From Stegostoma tigrinum (Eukaryota), in NCBI RefSeq assembly GCF_030684315.1, contig NC_081373.1, positions 42,577,173-42,641,172 on the forward strand: a stretch of DNA of 64,000 bases. The letters are read 5' to 3'. Below the pieces are notes generated by a model that searched no databases, had not been told where the DNA came from, and worked only from the letters and a program-made list of their open reading frames with translations. How positions within the stretch are numbered: position 1 is the first letter of the stretch; each line of letters opens with the position of its first letter. Below, one piece after another: positions 37,095 through 48,739 of this stretch. The translations under genes were made by a program, and so were the position numbers.

Positions 37095-38475
37095 CCAGCA
37101 GGCCCAGACAGGGAACAATGGGTCCAGACAGGGAGATAGTGAGCCCAGAAAGGGGAACAGCAGGCCCAGACAGGGGTCAATAGGTCCAGACAGAGAGATA
37201 GCGGGTTCAGAAAGGGGGACAGCAGGCCCAGATAGGGGGACCGTGAGTCCAGACAGGGAGATAGTGGGCCCAGACAGGGGAACGGTGGGTCCAGACAGGG
37301 GGCTGGCGCATTCAGACAGGGGGTTGGTGGGCCCAGACAGAGGGATGGCACGTCCAGACAGGGGTATGGTGGGCCCAGACGGGGACAGTGTGTTCAGACA
37401 GGGGTACAGTGCGTCCAGACGGGGGAACAGCATGTCCAGTCAGGGGGGCATTGGGCCCAGACAGGAGTCAGCACATCCAGACAGGGGGACAGCATTCAGA
37501 CAGGGTGATGGTGGGCCCAGACAGGGATACAGTGTGTCCAGACAGGGGGATGGTGGGCACAGATAGGGGGACAACCCATCCAGGCAGGGGGATAGTGGGC
37601 CCAGACAGGGGTCAGCACGTCCAGACAGAGGGACAGCGTGTCCAGACAGAGGGATAGTGGGCCTAGACAGGGGGACAGTGCATCCAGACAGGATGATGGT
37701 GGGCCCAGACAGGGAGACAGTGTGTCCAGACAGGGGGATGGTGGGCACAGATAGGGGGACAACCCATCCAGGCAGGGGGATGGTGGGCCCAGACAGGGGT
37801 CAGCACGTCCAGACAGAGGGACAGCGTGTCCAGACAGAGGGATAGTGGGCCTAGACAGGGGGACAGTGCATCCAGACAGGCGGATGGTGGGCCCCGACAG
37901 GGGACAGTGCTTCCAGATAGGGTGACAGCGGCCCAGAAAGGGGGACAGCAGGCCCAGACAGGGGGATGGTGAGCCCAGACAGGGGAATGGCACGTCCAGA
38001 CAGGGGGATGGTAGGCCCAGACAGGGGGGCAGCACGTCCAGAGAGGGAGACAGCATGTCCAGACAGGGGGATGGTGGGCCCTGATGGGGGACAGCAGGTC
38101 CAGACAGGGGGACAGTGGGCCCAGACAGAGGGACGGCGCATCCAGACAGGGAGATGGTGGGCCCCAACAGGGGGACAGTGTGTTCAGGCAGAGGGATAGC
38201 AGGCCCAGACAGGGGTCAGCACATCCAGACAGCAGGGATAGCGCACCTAGTCAGGAGGACAGCAGGCCCAGACAGGGGGGCAGCCGGTTCAGACAGGGAG
38301 ACAGTGCGTCCGGACAGGGGACAGAACGTCCACACAGGGGGACAGCATGTCCAGACAGGGGGAAGGTGCATTCAGAAACGGTGACAGTGGGCCTGTGCAG
38401 GGGAATGGTGCGTCCAGACACGGGAACAGCAGGCCTGGACAGGCGCCAGTGGGTCTAGACAGGGGGACGGGCGAC
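37095..38475. repeat. ~21-bp GC-rich minisatellite (gtgggcccagacagggggat)
   Basis: Dozens of ccagacagg-cored units; includes a 188-bp higher-order duplication. Confidence 0.95.
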
Positions 38476-39050
38476 CAGGGTTCTGAACTGTGAAGACAGC
38501 AGGCCTGAACTGGGGGGACGGTGGGCCTGAACTGGGGAGCAGGGGGAATGGGGTTCCAGATTGGGGGCCTGAACTCAGGTACAGGGGACTGGGGTTCCGG
38601 ACTGGGGGGACGGTGGGCCCAAACGGGGAAACAGGGGGAATGGGGTTCCAGACTGGGGATCCAAACTGGGGTACAGGGGACTGGGGTTCTGGATTGGGGG
38701 TCCAAACTGGGGGGACAGGGGGACTGGGGTTCTGGACAGCAGGCCTGGATTGGGGCGACGGGGAATCTGAAGTTCTGGACTGGGGGCCCAAACTGGGGTA
38801 CAGGGGAATTGGGTTCTAGACTAGAGGGACAGCAGGCCTAAATTGGGGGACAGGGGACTGGGGCTCCAAAATGGGGTACAGGGGAATTGGGGTTCCAGAG
38901 TGTGGTGATAGTGGGCCTGAGCTGAGGTACAGAGGGACTGGGGTTCCAGACTGGGGGTCAGTGGGCCCGAACTGGTGGGACAGGGGGGCTGGGGCTCCCA
39001 AGTGAGGGGACAGCGGGCCTGAACTGGGGGCCCGGGCAGGGGGGCAGTGT
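38476..39050. repeat. G-rich minisatellite (ggggactggggttccagactggggg-type)
   Basis: Dense G4-G6 runs with short spacers. Confidence 0.9.
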
Positions 39051-39744
39051 GTGAGCGCTGAAACTGGAAATTTGTTTAAGAAATTCAAACTGATGTGAGG
39101 ATCAGCAGAGGGAATACAGGGAGGGATGGTCGTAAGGAAGCCCTGCCCCATGTCTCTGAAGGGTGATTGTGTGGGGAGGATAGGGAGGGAGTAGAATGGA
39201 AATGCAATATTATGTGAGCACTCTTTAATTCAGGGCTAAACAGCATCCTCTGCAGCCAGGAATGAGAATTCCAAAAGATGTTCTGCCATCACAGTGCCAG
39301 GGGGGTTTGCAGCTAGGGGAGGAGCCTGGACAGGGAAGGGTTATGTTGAGTTGTCACAGTTCATGGTTGAAAAGGCGACATAGGGAGGATGTTCTGCTGA
39401 GGAATTAAACCTTCAAATAAAAAGCAGGATGTTTGACCATAATAACCATTGGATTATTGCATGCAATAATGATGTGCAAATTGCCATAGGGCTGACAGAT
39501 CAGGCAACAACAAGAAAGGTTGGTGTATGGATAGAGGGATTCATTTTCATGGAACAGTGACAGCAGTTCAGGGACAGGAAGCTGCTGTATCAATGAAATG
39601 GGCTTTACTTGAATTTTAGCTGAAAGACAGAGTATATTACGAGGTGGAAGGGAGAGAAAACTGACATATTGCAGGCAAAGTTGCTGGTAATAGAAAGACA
39701 GATAGGAAAGGAAGTTGTAAGCAAGATATAAAGAGCCTGCAAAG

Positions 39745-40990
39745 AGATCCAGATAACTGTGTCTCACTAACTTGAGTTAGCTTTTTGAAGAAGTAATGAA
39801 GTAGATTGATGAGGGCAGAGCATTGGACATGGTCTATGGACTTCAGTAAGGTGTTCGACAAGGTTCCTCACAGTAGACTGGTTAGCAAGGTTAGATCACA
39901 CAGAATACAGGGAGAACCAGCTATTTGCATACAGAACTGGCTCAAAGATCGAAGACAGAGCATGGTGGCGGAGGGTTGCTTTTTAGACTGGAGGCCTGTG
40001 ACCAGCGGTGACCCAAAGGATTGGTGCTTTTTGTCATTTATATAAATGACGTGGATGTGAACATAGAAGGTACGGTTAGCAAGTTTGCAGATAGCACCAA
40101 AATTGGAGGTGTAGTGGACAGCGAAGAAGGTTACCTCACAGTACAATGGGATCTTGATCAGATGAGCCAATGGGCTGAGAAGTGCCAGATGGAGGTTAAT
40201 TTAGGTAAATGTGAGGTGCTGCATTTTGGAAAGGCAAACCAGGGCAAAACATATACAGTTAATGATAAGGGCCTGGGGAGTGTTGCTGAACAAAGAGACT
40301 TTGGAGTGCAGGTTCATAGTTCCTTGAAAGTGATGTTGCACATAGATAGGATGGTGGAAAAGGTGTTTGGTATGCTTGCCTTTATTGGTCAGTACATTGA
40401 GTATAGGAGTTGGGAGGTCATGTTGCGGCTGTACAGGATATTGGTTTTGCCACCTTTTGGAGTATTGTGTGCAATTATGGTCTCCCTGTTATAGGAAGAA
40501 TGTAGTGAAACTAGAAAGGGTTCAGAAAAGATTGATGAGGACATTACCAGATTTGGAGGGTTTGAGTTATAGGAAGAGGCTGAATAGGCTGGGGCAATTT
40601 TCTCCAGATTGTCAGAGGCTGATGGGTGACCTTGTAGAGGTTTATAAAATCATGAGGTGCATGGATAGGGTAAATAGACAAGGTCTTTTCCCCAGGGTAG
40701 GGGAGTCTAAAGCTAGAGGGCATAGGTTTAAGGTGAGAGGGGTAAGATATAAAAGGGACCTAAGGGGCAACTTCTTCACATAGAGAGTGGTGTGTGTATC
40801 GAAAGAGCTACCAGAGGAAGTGGCGGAGGCTGGTACAATTACAACATTTAAAAGGCATCTAGATGGGTACATGAATAGGTGGGCTTTAGAGGGATATGGG
40901 CTTAATGCTGGCAAATGGGACTAGATTTACGTAGCATAAATGAATTGGATTGAAGGGTCTGTTCCTGCCTTGTACACCTCTATGACTCTA
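39745..40990 (+). mobile_element. CR1 LINE 3' 1.25 kb (RT to tail)
   Basis: ORFs 39806, 40021 and 40367: MDFSKVFDKVPH, YINDVD...SKFADSTKIGG, LEYCVQLWSP; tail tctatgactcta. Confidence 0.95.
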
Positions 40991-40999
40991 AGTGAAATG

Positions 41000-43960
41000 A
41001 ATGGGTAAAAATCTAGCAGACTGGGTTTAATTGAGAAAATACAAGGCAATCCATTTTGGGAGGAAGAATAGAAAGTCAGAATATTATTTAAGTGGAGACA
41101 GATGACAAAATGGTGGGTTCTTACATACTCCAGGTGTGAGTGTTAGCAGGAGCACAAAATCGTCATCACTAAAATTGTGACACAAGTTATGAACGGCACA
41201 TAAAGAGCAAACCAAATACTAGACAGTTACGCTAAAGCTGTATCAAACCTCAGTTAGAATACACTTAGACTACTGTGTGACATTTTATGTAAAGGATATT
41301 GAGGCACTAGCATTTGTGCAGTGATTTTGTACAGGGATGATACAAAATATGCGCAGGTATGTAAGTCAGGAAGGAATGAACTAGCTTTGTCTTTCTTCCC
41401 TTGAAATACGAAAGCAATGCACTGATCTCATGGTAACTCTAAATGTATTACAGGACTAGGAAACAGAAGAAACTTTTAAGATGTGCACAAGAGAATCTTC
41501 TTAATTAATACATCTCCAGCCAACAGGTAGTGAAAGTGGATCTTGAATCTGCTCCTGGGAAAGTAGAGTGTGTTAGGAGGAGATCATGCAGCACATTGTG
41601 ACAACTGCATAGTTTGGTTTAGAGTAATTACAGAAAATAGCCAAAGTAATATTGCTCAATTGGGAAGAGTTCATTTCAGTTATTTAAAGAATGGACTGGA
41701 GAAAAGATGGTTCCAGAGTAAAGGAGCAATTGAAAAATGGAGAGTAGTCAGCGAAGTGATAATGAAGGTACAAGATAGGAATAATATTTTAAAGATAAAA
41801 GTTGGACCACTCAAATACATTCAGCCCTGGATGACAAAGAATATAAAAGTTAAACTAAAACAGAAAAAAAGGAGATTTATAACAAATGTTAGGAGTGAGA
41901 CGCTGCTAATAATCAAGAAGATAGAAAGCACAGGAGTGAATTTAAAAAGCTAATGCAGGAGGCAAACAGACTACAGGTAAATGATTCAGAGATAATGGGA
42001 ACTGCAGATGCTGGAGAATCCGAGATAACAAAGTGTGAAGCTGGATGAACACAGCAGGCCAAGCAGCATCTCAGGAGCACAAAAGGCCTAGACCCTTCAT
42101 CAGAAAAACAGAAATACAGGTAAATGATTCGTAGGTAATATTAAATTGAACTCTGAAACTTTTCACAAGCACATGAAGTGTAAGCAGTTTGCTAAGGATA
42201 AAACTGGACCTATTAAGGACCCAAAGGAAAATGTTCATATGGAGACAGAGGAAATGGATGGTGTCAAATGAGTTAAAAGAAAAATGGATGATGTGAAAGT
42301 TACACTGAAAGAGAAAAGGAAAGTTATGGACTGGGGAATAATACTTAGAGAAAATATGCTAAAAGGATTAACAATATTATAAGTTGTGATGTAGCCATTT
42401 GGCTTGGGTGGGATTCATGCTTACTTGCTTCAAGAAATAGCAGAAGCCAATCCTGCAATCTTAACTGGAAGTTGCTAATGTTACACCACTATGAAAAAAA
42501 GTGAGGGATAAGCCAGGAATTTACAGGGTAGTCAAACAGCTATAGTTCTACTCACCATCCTGACTTGGAACTATATCACTGTTCTCTCCCTGTTACTGGG
42601 TCTACATCCTGCAACTCAACTTCTCACCAAGGGCACTGTGGGTGCTCCTACACCACAGAGATTGCAGTCGTTCAAGAAAATAGCCCACCAGCAACTTCTC
42701 AAGGGCAACTAGGGGTGGGCAATAAATGTTAACCTATCCAGTGTCATTCACATCCCATGAATGAATAAAAAAGAGTCAGCTCAATGTCAGTGGTGTGCAA
42801 TTGCTGGAAAGTATATCAAGATCTTTACAAAATTACATTTGGAAATGAATGTGTTAATCAAAGAGCGACAACATGGATTTGATAGAACTAAACAGTGTCA
42901 GACTCCATTGGTTGAATTCTTTCATGAGATACAAAGAGTGGTCAAGGTGTTGTAGGGATATTGTATTTGGACATTCAAAAGGTGTTCAAAATAGGTGCTA
43001 CTCATAAGCCTTACTGAGAAGGTGGAAGTTCACGGAATTAGGGGGAAACGACATCATGGATACAAAATTGGCTTACTGAAAGGATGCAGAGAGAGGTGGC
43101 GGATTGATACTTTATAGACTAGCGGGTGGTTTGTAATGTTCCCCAAGGTTTATTTTGGGTCCATTGTATTTAACTTTAAATAAACAACCTTGGCTCGGGT
43201 GTTGGGAGCAGCTTTATAAAGTTAACAGCTGGTATGAAATATTTCAAAGTGGTAGTTAATGATGAGGAAGTGCTGCATTCTACAGGATGATAGTCAGCCT
43301 GGTGAAGTAGGTAGATACATAGCTGATGACAATCACCGTGGAGATGTGTGAAGTGATGCACATTAGAAGAATTAACCTGGAAAGACACTGTAATACAGCA
43401 GAACTATTTGGGATATGTAGATGAGCAGAGAAACCTCATGTCCATATATACAAATCCTTAAAAATGGCAGGGCAAGCTGATAATGTGGTTAAGTAGCAAG
43501 TGAGTTGCTCAGGTTTATAAATGGAAGAAGTAAATATAAAGACAAGGTGATAACACTAGAACCTTACAAATGGTAGGTTAGACCTCAGATGGAGAATTGT
43601 GGATAATTCTGGTCACCATACTTCAAGAAAGATGTAAAATGTAATAGAATAGATATAGGGAGTTTTACCACAACATAACAAGGAATAACGAACTTAGCTA
43701 TGAGGAGAGGTTGGAAAAGTTAGAATTATTCCCCTTAATTTAGATGAGGTGTCCAATTGAAGTTTTCAAGATGATCATAAGAGTCATTGAGTTTTTAAGT
43801 ATGGCATGCAAAGAAACCCTTCGGCCCACTGTGTAATCAAACATACTGCAATCAAACATCCATCAATTTTAATCAGAGGTTTTGGTACAGTAAATGAAGA
43901 GAAACAAAACTAATCACTCTGGAGAGTGGATGAATAACTAGGAACTATTGATTCAAAATC
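41000..43960 (+). mobile_element. Old CR1 LINE fragments with nested inserts
   Basis: Degenerate motifs (PWMTKNIK, RQHGF) with many stops. Nested SINE/LINE tail near 42540-42770. Confidence 0.7.
41988..42114 (-). mobile_element. Single-arm Penelope-derived insert with deleted hammerhead core
   Basis: Same sequence family as 44756-44970 but lacks gctgacgtttcg. Direct repeat TACAGGTAAATGATTC at 41972-41987 and 42115-42130. Confidence 0.85.
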
Positions 43961-43997
43961 ACCGATGAAGATGATTCTAGAAATCCATTATATTTAC

Positions 43998-44210
43998 CTG
44001 TTTGAGCAACTCGCTTGTATGTGTATGCCAGGCAGAGATGATCCTGCCACTTTCGGACGATTCGCTGTGATTCAGCGGTTAGTCCTTTAGGATCCCGTGA
44101 GAAAACAAATGAGTAACTGTCTGCGCAAGTTCCATTATCATTCAGTTTTCGACATGTATATGTGATGGCATAGTTATCGTAATCCGTGTCAATAATCCAG
44201 TGATCATCAT
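43998..44210 (-). CDS. RBP4: RBP4 coding exon 4
   Basis: ctttcAG|AT acceptor. (N)DDHWIIDTDYDNYAITYTCRKLNDNGTCADSYSFVFSRDPKGLTAESQRIVRKWQDHLCLAYTYKRVAQT. 213 nt, donor G|GTAAAT. Contains the lipocalin TDY motif. Confidence 0.96.
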
Positions 44211-44755
44211 CTGAAAGAATAAAACATGTCGCAAGGTATTTTTTACCTGAATGGTGAACAACGTAACAAGGCTATTATACTTAAAACACAGGCTCGTTAT
44301 TTCAGCACTTTTACCATTAAGACCCATTCATCCCACACTTCTGTGCCCACTAACCAAAACTCTTAATTACTTTTTCAGTGCACAGACCTTTGAGGTCCAT
44401 GTGTGGCATTAACTTCCTTTAAAATCTGTTTCACTAAACTTTTGGCCTTCTTACTAATACTTCCTGATGTGTTTCAAATTTAAATTTTCACAAAGCACCA
44501 CAGGGCATTTTAACATGTTTAAAAAAAAGTGTCATACAAATGCTGCTAGTTTCACACTGCTTGTCCAATTCTGTTACATAAATGTTGAGCTGTAAATCAG
44601 ACCAGTGCCGCTAGTGGTAGAAAAGCAGGATTTTCAAAAGTCCACTGATGTGTGCTTGTTCCTGTGACACATTTACTAAGACCCACTTGCGACAGAGGAG
44701 AACCTGGACACTTTACTTTGTCAACAAAACAAAAACCAACATTATTGAGCATCTG

Positions 44756-44970
44756 AGATAATGGGAACTGCAGATGCTGGAGAATTCCAAGATAATAAAA
44801 TGTGAGGCTGGATGAACACAGCAGGCCAAGCAGCATCTCAGGAGCACAAAAGCTGACGTTTCGGGCCTAGACCCTTCATCTGATGAAGGGTCTAGGCCCG
44901 AAACGTCAGCTTTTGTGCTCCTGAGATGCTGCTTGGCCTGCTGTGTTCATCCAGCCTCACATTTTATTAT
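44756..44970 (+). mobile_element. Perfect fold-back Penelope-derived insert with hammerhead core
   Basis: 89-bp perfect arms (44792-44880 and 44882-44970). CTGATGAAGGGTCTAGGCCCGAAACGTC at 44880-44907. Flanking repeat ATTATTGAGCATCTG at 44741-44755 and 44969-44983. Confidence 0.9.
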
Positions 44971-45747
44971 TATTGAGCATCTGTCTGTTAATCCCTGCTG
45001 CATCATTACTCTACCCAAGTTTCTTTTGATAGCAAGATCAGAAGGAAGAACCAAAATGATAATCGAACCATGAATGTGAAACAAGGAAATTGTACATAAT
45101 TTTAGTTAACTCTGTGACAGCTAAATAACTAACTGGATATAGGAAGTTGTCTTACTGAACATATAAATTACCATTCTGCATTCTAAATGAATCTGACCGT
45201 CAAAATTATTCAGCGTGGTTTAAGGGGTTTACCTTGGCATTAGTGAAGATAATATACCAGGAGTACAGTAGATCTTGTTATGAAGGGAAGCTTACAGCTT
45301 GGGCATTGTGTCCTTGGTCACTGCAATCAATGTAGACTTATAACTAGAATTGGTAAAGGAGAAGTGTGGTGCTGTCCCTAAAAACACCAAATAATAGGTG
45401 CAAGGAAGATTGTTCATTTATAAACATAAGCCAACCAGAGTGGTTTATACACTCAGACAAATAAACTGCAAGACAATAAGAATAAATGGAAAGCAATCAC
45501 TCGAAGAAAAGAATTCTCTGTTCTACATGAGTATCATTTGTCAATTCATTCCCTTACTTTTAAGTTCAATGCTTGTTAAGTATGAAGGTGGTGTGTGGTC
45601 TCTTTAATAACATGCATTCTTTATGCAACATTTAGAAGGGATTGTATAAAAGTGACCAAGTTTGGTGGAATTCAAGCATCGTAACCTGATGACTACTCAA
45701 GTCATTACCTTACTCAGGGGTAACACAGAGAAAAAACACTTAATTAT

Positions 45748-46053
45748 AGAATCCCTACAGTGTGGAAACAGGCCCTTCAGCCCAACAAGTCCACAATGAT
45801 GCTTGGAGTATCCCACCCAGACCCACACCCCTATAACCCACACACCCCAGAACACTACAGGCAATTTAGCATGGCCGATCCACCTAGCCTCTCCATCTTT
45901 GGACTGTGGCAGGAAACTGGAGCACTCAGAGAAAACTCACACAGACACAGGAAGAACATGCAAATTCCACACAGACAGTTGCCCGAGGCTGGGAACAAAC
46001 CTGGGTCCCTGGCGCTGTAAGGCTGCAGGGCCAGCCACTGAGCCACCGTGCTG
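45748..46053 (-). mobile_element. tRNA-derived SINE (HE1/V-SINE-like)
   Basis: Minus-strand head cacggtggctcagtgg...; same family as 7674 and 23272. Confidence 0.88.
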
Positions 46054-46161
46054 CTTCACACAGACAATGAATCGTCGGAGAATAGAATCATAGAATGAAT
46101 AAAGCCATTTGGCCCATTGCATCTGTGCTGGCAAGACAGGTTGAGAGTGTACATACCTTTG

Positions 46162-46277
46162 TGCTACAGGCATACTAGTCAAAACTGCCTAATCTTACCC
46201 GATCTCATAAGTTAAGCAGACTCAGGCCTCATTTGTACTTGGAGTGGAGATGGCCTGGGAATACCAGCTGCAGTAGC
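46162..46277 (+). pseudogene. Degenerate full-length 5S rRNA-derived sequence (probable SINE head)
   Basis: gctacaggcatact...cgatctcataagttaagcag...gtacttggagtggagatggcctgggaatacc...gtagc is colinear with vertebrate 5S rRNA including box A/IE/C regions. Many substitutions and no T-run terminator. Confidence 0.8.
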
Positions 46278-46896
46278 AAAGCAAAGGCAGGGAGGTCTTG
46301 TGTGGCATTGATAAGGTCCCTACGTCCAGACTGGAAGGTCTGGGTTCAAGTCCCAATTGCCCCACAGGTGTTTCATAACATGTCCAACAGGCTGATTAGA
46401 AAGTATCTTAGCACTCTTTGTTTAACAATACAGAAAAACAAGGAGGTTATGCAAAACCTGTATAACAACTGGAGTATTCAATCAACTTCTGGGTACCATA
46501 CATGAGGCACACGTGAGTGTGGAAAATACAAAATCTTGAGGATCGTCCCACGGATGAGGAATTTCCGTATGTGGAAAGACTGGAGAAGTTGGTAAGAGAG
46601 GAGATTGATAGAGATATTCAAAACTATGAAGGATCTGGACAGCGTCAGTACTGTGTGGAGCTGGAGGAACAGGTTAGGCAGCATCGGAGGAGTAGGAAAG
46701 TTGACATTTACACCCGTCATCTGTCCTGTTCCTACCAGTAGAAGGTTTGAGACCTGTTGCACATGTTAACTAGCCAAGGAAAAGCAAAGGAAGATAAACC
46801 TTCTCACACAGTGAGGGGTTAGACTGAATGCACAGTCTGACTGCTTGGCAGCAGCAGGGTGAATTCAGGCTTTCAAACAGAATTGAATTGCTACAA

Positions 46897-48147
46897 GACA
46901 GCAGTATGGTATCTCGGTGTCTAGCACTGCAGCCTCACTGCACCAGGGACCTGGGTTCGATTCCACCCTTGGGTGTCTGTCTTTGTGGAGCTTGCATATT
47001 CTCCGCATGCCTCTGTGGGTTTCTCTGGATGTTCTAGTTTCCTCTCACAGTCCAGTGATGTGCAGCTTAGGGTGGATTGGCCATGCTAAGTTGTCCTGGA
47101 CTGTACACGCTACGGTGGATTGGCCATGCTAAGAGGGAGTAAGAACTGCCAATGCTGGAGTCTGAGATAACACATTGTGGAGCTGGAGGAACACAGCAGG
47201 CCGGGCAGCATCAGAGGAGCAGGAACACTGATGTTTCGGGTCGGGACCCTTCTTCAGAAATGGGGGAAGGGAAAGGGGAGGGCAAGGGGGCTCTGAAATA
47301 AATAGAAAGAGGGGAGCGGTGACAGCAGATGGGAGAGAAGATGGACAGGTCAAGGAGGCAGGGATGAAGCTAGTAAAGGGGAGTGTAGCTAGGTGGTGGT
47401 GGTCTACTGTATCCACTGTTCTCAATGTGGCCTCCTCTACATCGTTGAGACCAAACGGAGGCTCGGAGACCGCTTTGTAGAGCACTGGCGCTTGGTTCGT
47501 GACAAACAACACCTCCCAGTTGCAAACCACTTCAACTCCACCTTCCACTCCCTGGACAACATGTCCATCCTTGGCCTCCTTCAGTGTCACAACGATGCCA
47601 CCCGGAAACTGGAGGAGCAGCATTGCATATTCTACCTTGGAAGCCTACAAACTAATGTTCTCAATGTGGACTTTACTAGCTTAAAAATCTCCCCACCGAC
47701 ACACCCCCACCTCATCCCAAGACCAATCCCCCCACTCTCAACCCCACTTCATGTCTATCTTCCCTTCCACCTATCTGCTCCTCCCACCTCACTGGCCAAT
47801 CCCCATCACCACCTACTTACACTCATTTTTACTAGCTTCATCCCCGCCTCCTTGACCTGTCCATCTTCCCTCCCATCTATACGCTCCATCTATACATTTC
47901 TGAAGAAGGATCTTGACCTGAAACATCAGCTTTCCTGTTCCTCTGATGCTGCCTGACCTGATGTGTTCCTCCAGCTCCACACTGTGTTATCTTGGTCATT
48001 CTAAGTTGTCCTGGGGTGTGCAGGGTGGGGTGGATTAGCCATGACAAATGCAGAGTAATAGGCTGGTCTGGGTGGGATGCTCTCTGGAGGGTTGGTTGGG
48101 ACCCAATAGGCTGAATGACCTGCTCCCACACTATTGGGGTTCTATGA
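46897..48147 (+). mobile_element. tRNA-derived SINE split by a Penelope insertion
   Basis: Head with B box gggttcgattcc near 46953-46964. Body resumes at about 47992 with duplicated ttgg(c/t)cat(g/t)ctaag. Confidence 0.8.
47134..47991 (+). mobile_element. Penelope-like element: inverted pLTR, GIY-YIG fragment, pLTR
   Basis: ORF 47393-47956: VVYCIHCSQCGLLYIVETKRRLGDRFVEH...PVANHFN...RKLEEQHCIFYLGSLQ...LN. Inverted terminal copies carry CTGAAGA...GAAACATC. Confidence 0.92.
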
Positions 48148-48405
48148 TTAAGAGAATTATATAAAGTGAAAAGGCACTGGGTGACTTGCTGTTTCAGAGG
48201 GCCAACAGCGGCAGGATGGGCCGAATGCACACCGAGATCCTTTAAAATGAACGACTAGAAATGTATTTACAAAATACTGAGAGCATGGATTGCCAAGTCG
48301 CCGGTTGGTGAGGTCAGGTCAGGGATTCCGAGTGGGTTGCTGGAAGGCAGGTTGGCTTTTACACTGTACCAGAGCATGGCCCTCCTGTACTGACTGGGTA
48401 CTCAC

Positions 48406-48512
48406 TGCCTTTCTGCAGATGCTCGGCTGCCCCCCAGTATTTCAGCTTGAACTTGGCGGGGTTCTCGGTATTGTTGAAAGTTCCCATCATTTCAGCGCAC
48501 ACGATCCATTCC
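48406..48512 (-). CDS. RBP4: RBP4 coding exon 3
   Basis: ctgcAG|G acceptor. [35 protein letters not shown]. 107 nt, donor A|GTGAGT. Confidence 0.96.
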
Positions 48513-48605
48513 CTGCAGCAATACAAAACAGACAACAGTTAGAGTCGGGAGAGGGCGTCTGGGGCAATGCTGCAGACGGGCGCTGCTGGCTGCTGCTGTG
48601 CTTAC

Positions 48606-48739
48606 GGTAGTAAAGTGACCAGGCCAGTCGCTTTGGCTGTCATCGTATCGTTTTCAATCTTGAACTCAGCATGAATGTTACTCTCTAGGAAAATGCCCAC
48701 GGGGTCCTTCTTTGCGAAAGCGTGCCATTTGCCCACATA
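48606..48739 (-). CDS. RBP4: RBP4 coding exon 2
   Basis: ttccAG|TAT acceptor. YVGKWHAFAKKDPVGIFLESNIHAEFKIENDTMTAKATGLVTLL(P), with lipocalin GxW and RBP AKKDP motifs. 134 nt, donor CC|GTAAG. Confidence 0.96.

Noticed and set aside
37076-39151. Many overlapping Pro/Gly-rich ORFs
   Set aside because: By-products of stop-poor minisatellite units; no splice or homology support.
46162-46277. Functional 5S rRNA gene
   Set aside because: Too many substitutions, single copy, no oligo-T terminator.
48311-48321. AGGTCAGGTCA as a retinoic-acid response element in an RBP4 intron
   Set aside because: The half-sites overlap and do not form a DR1/DR2/DR5 spacing.
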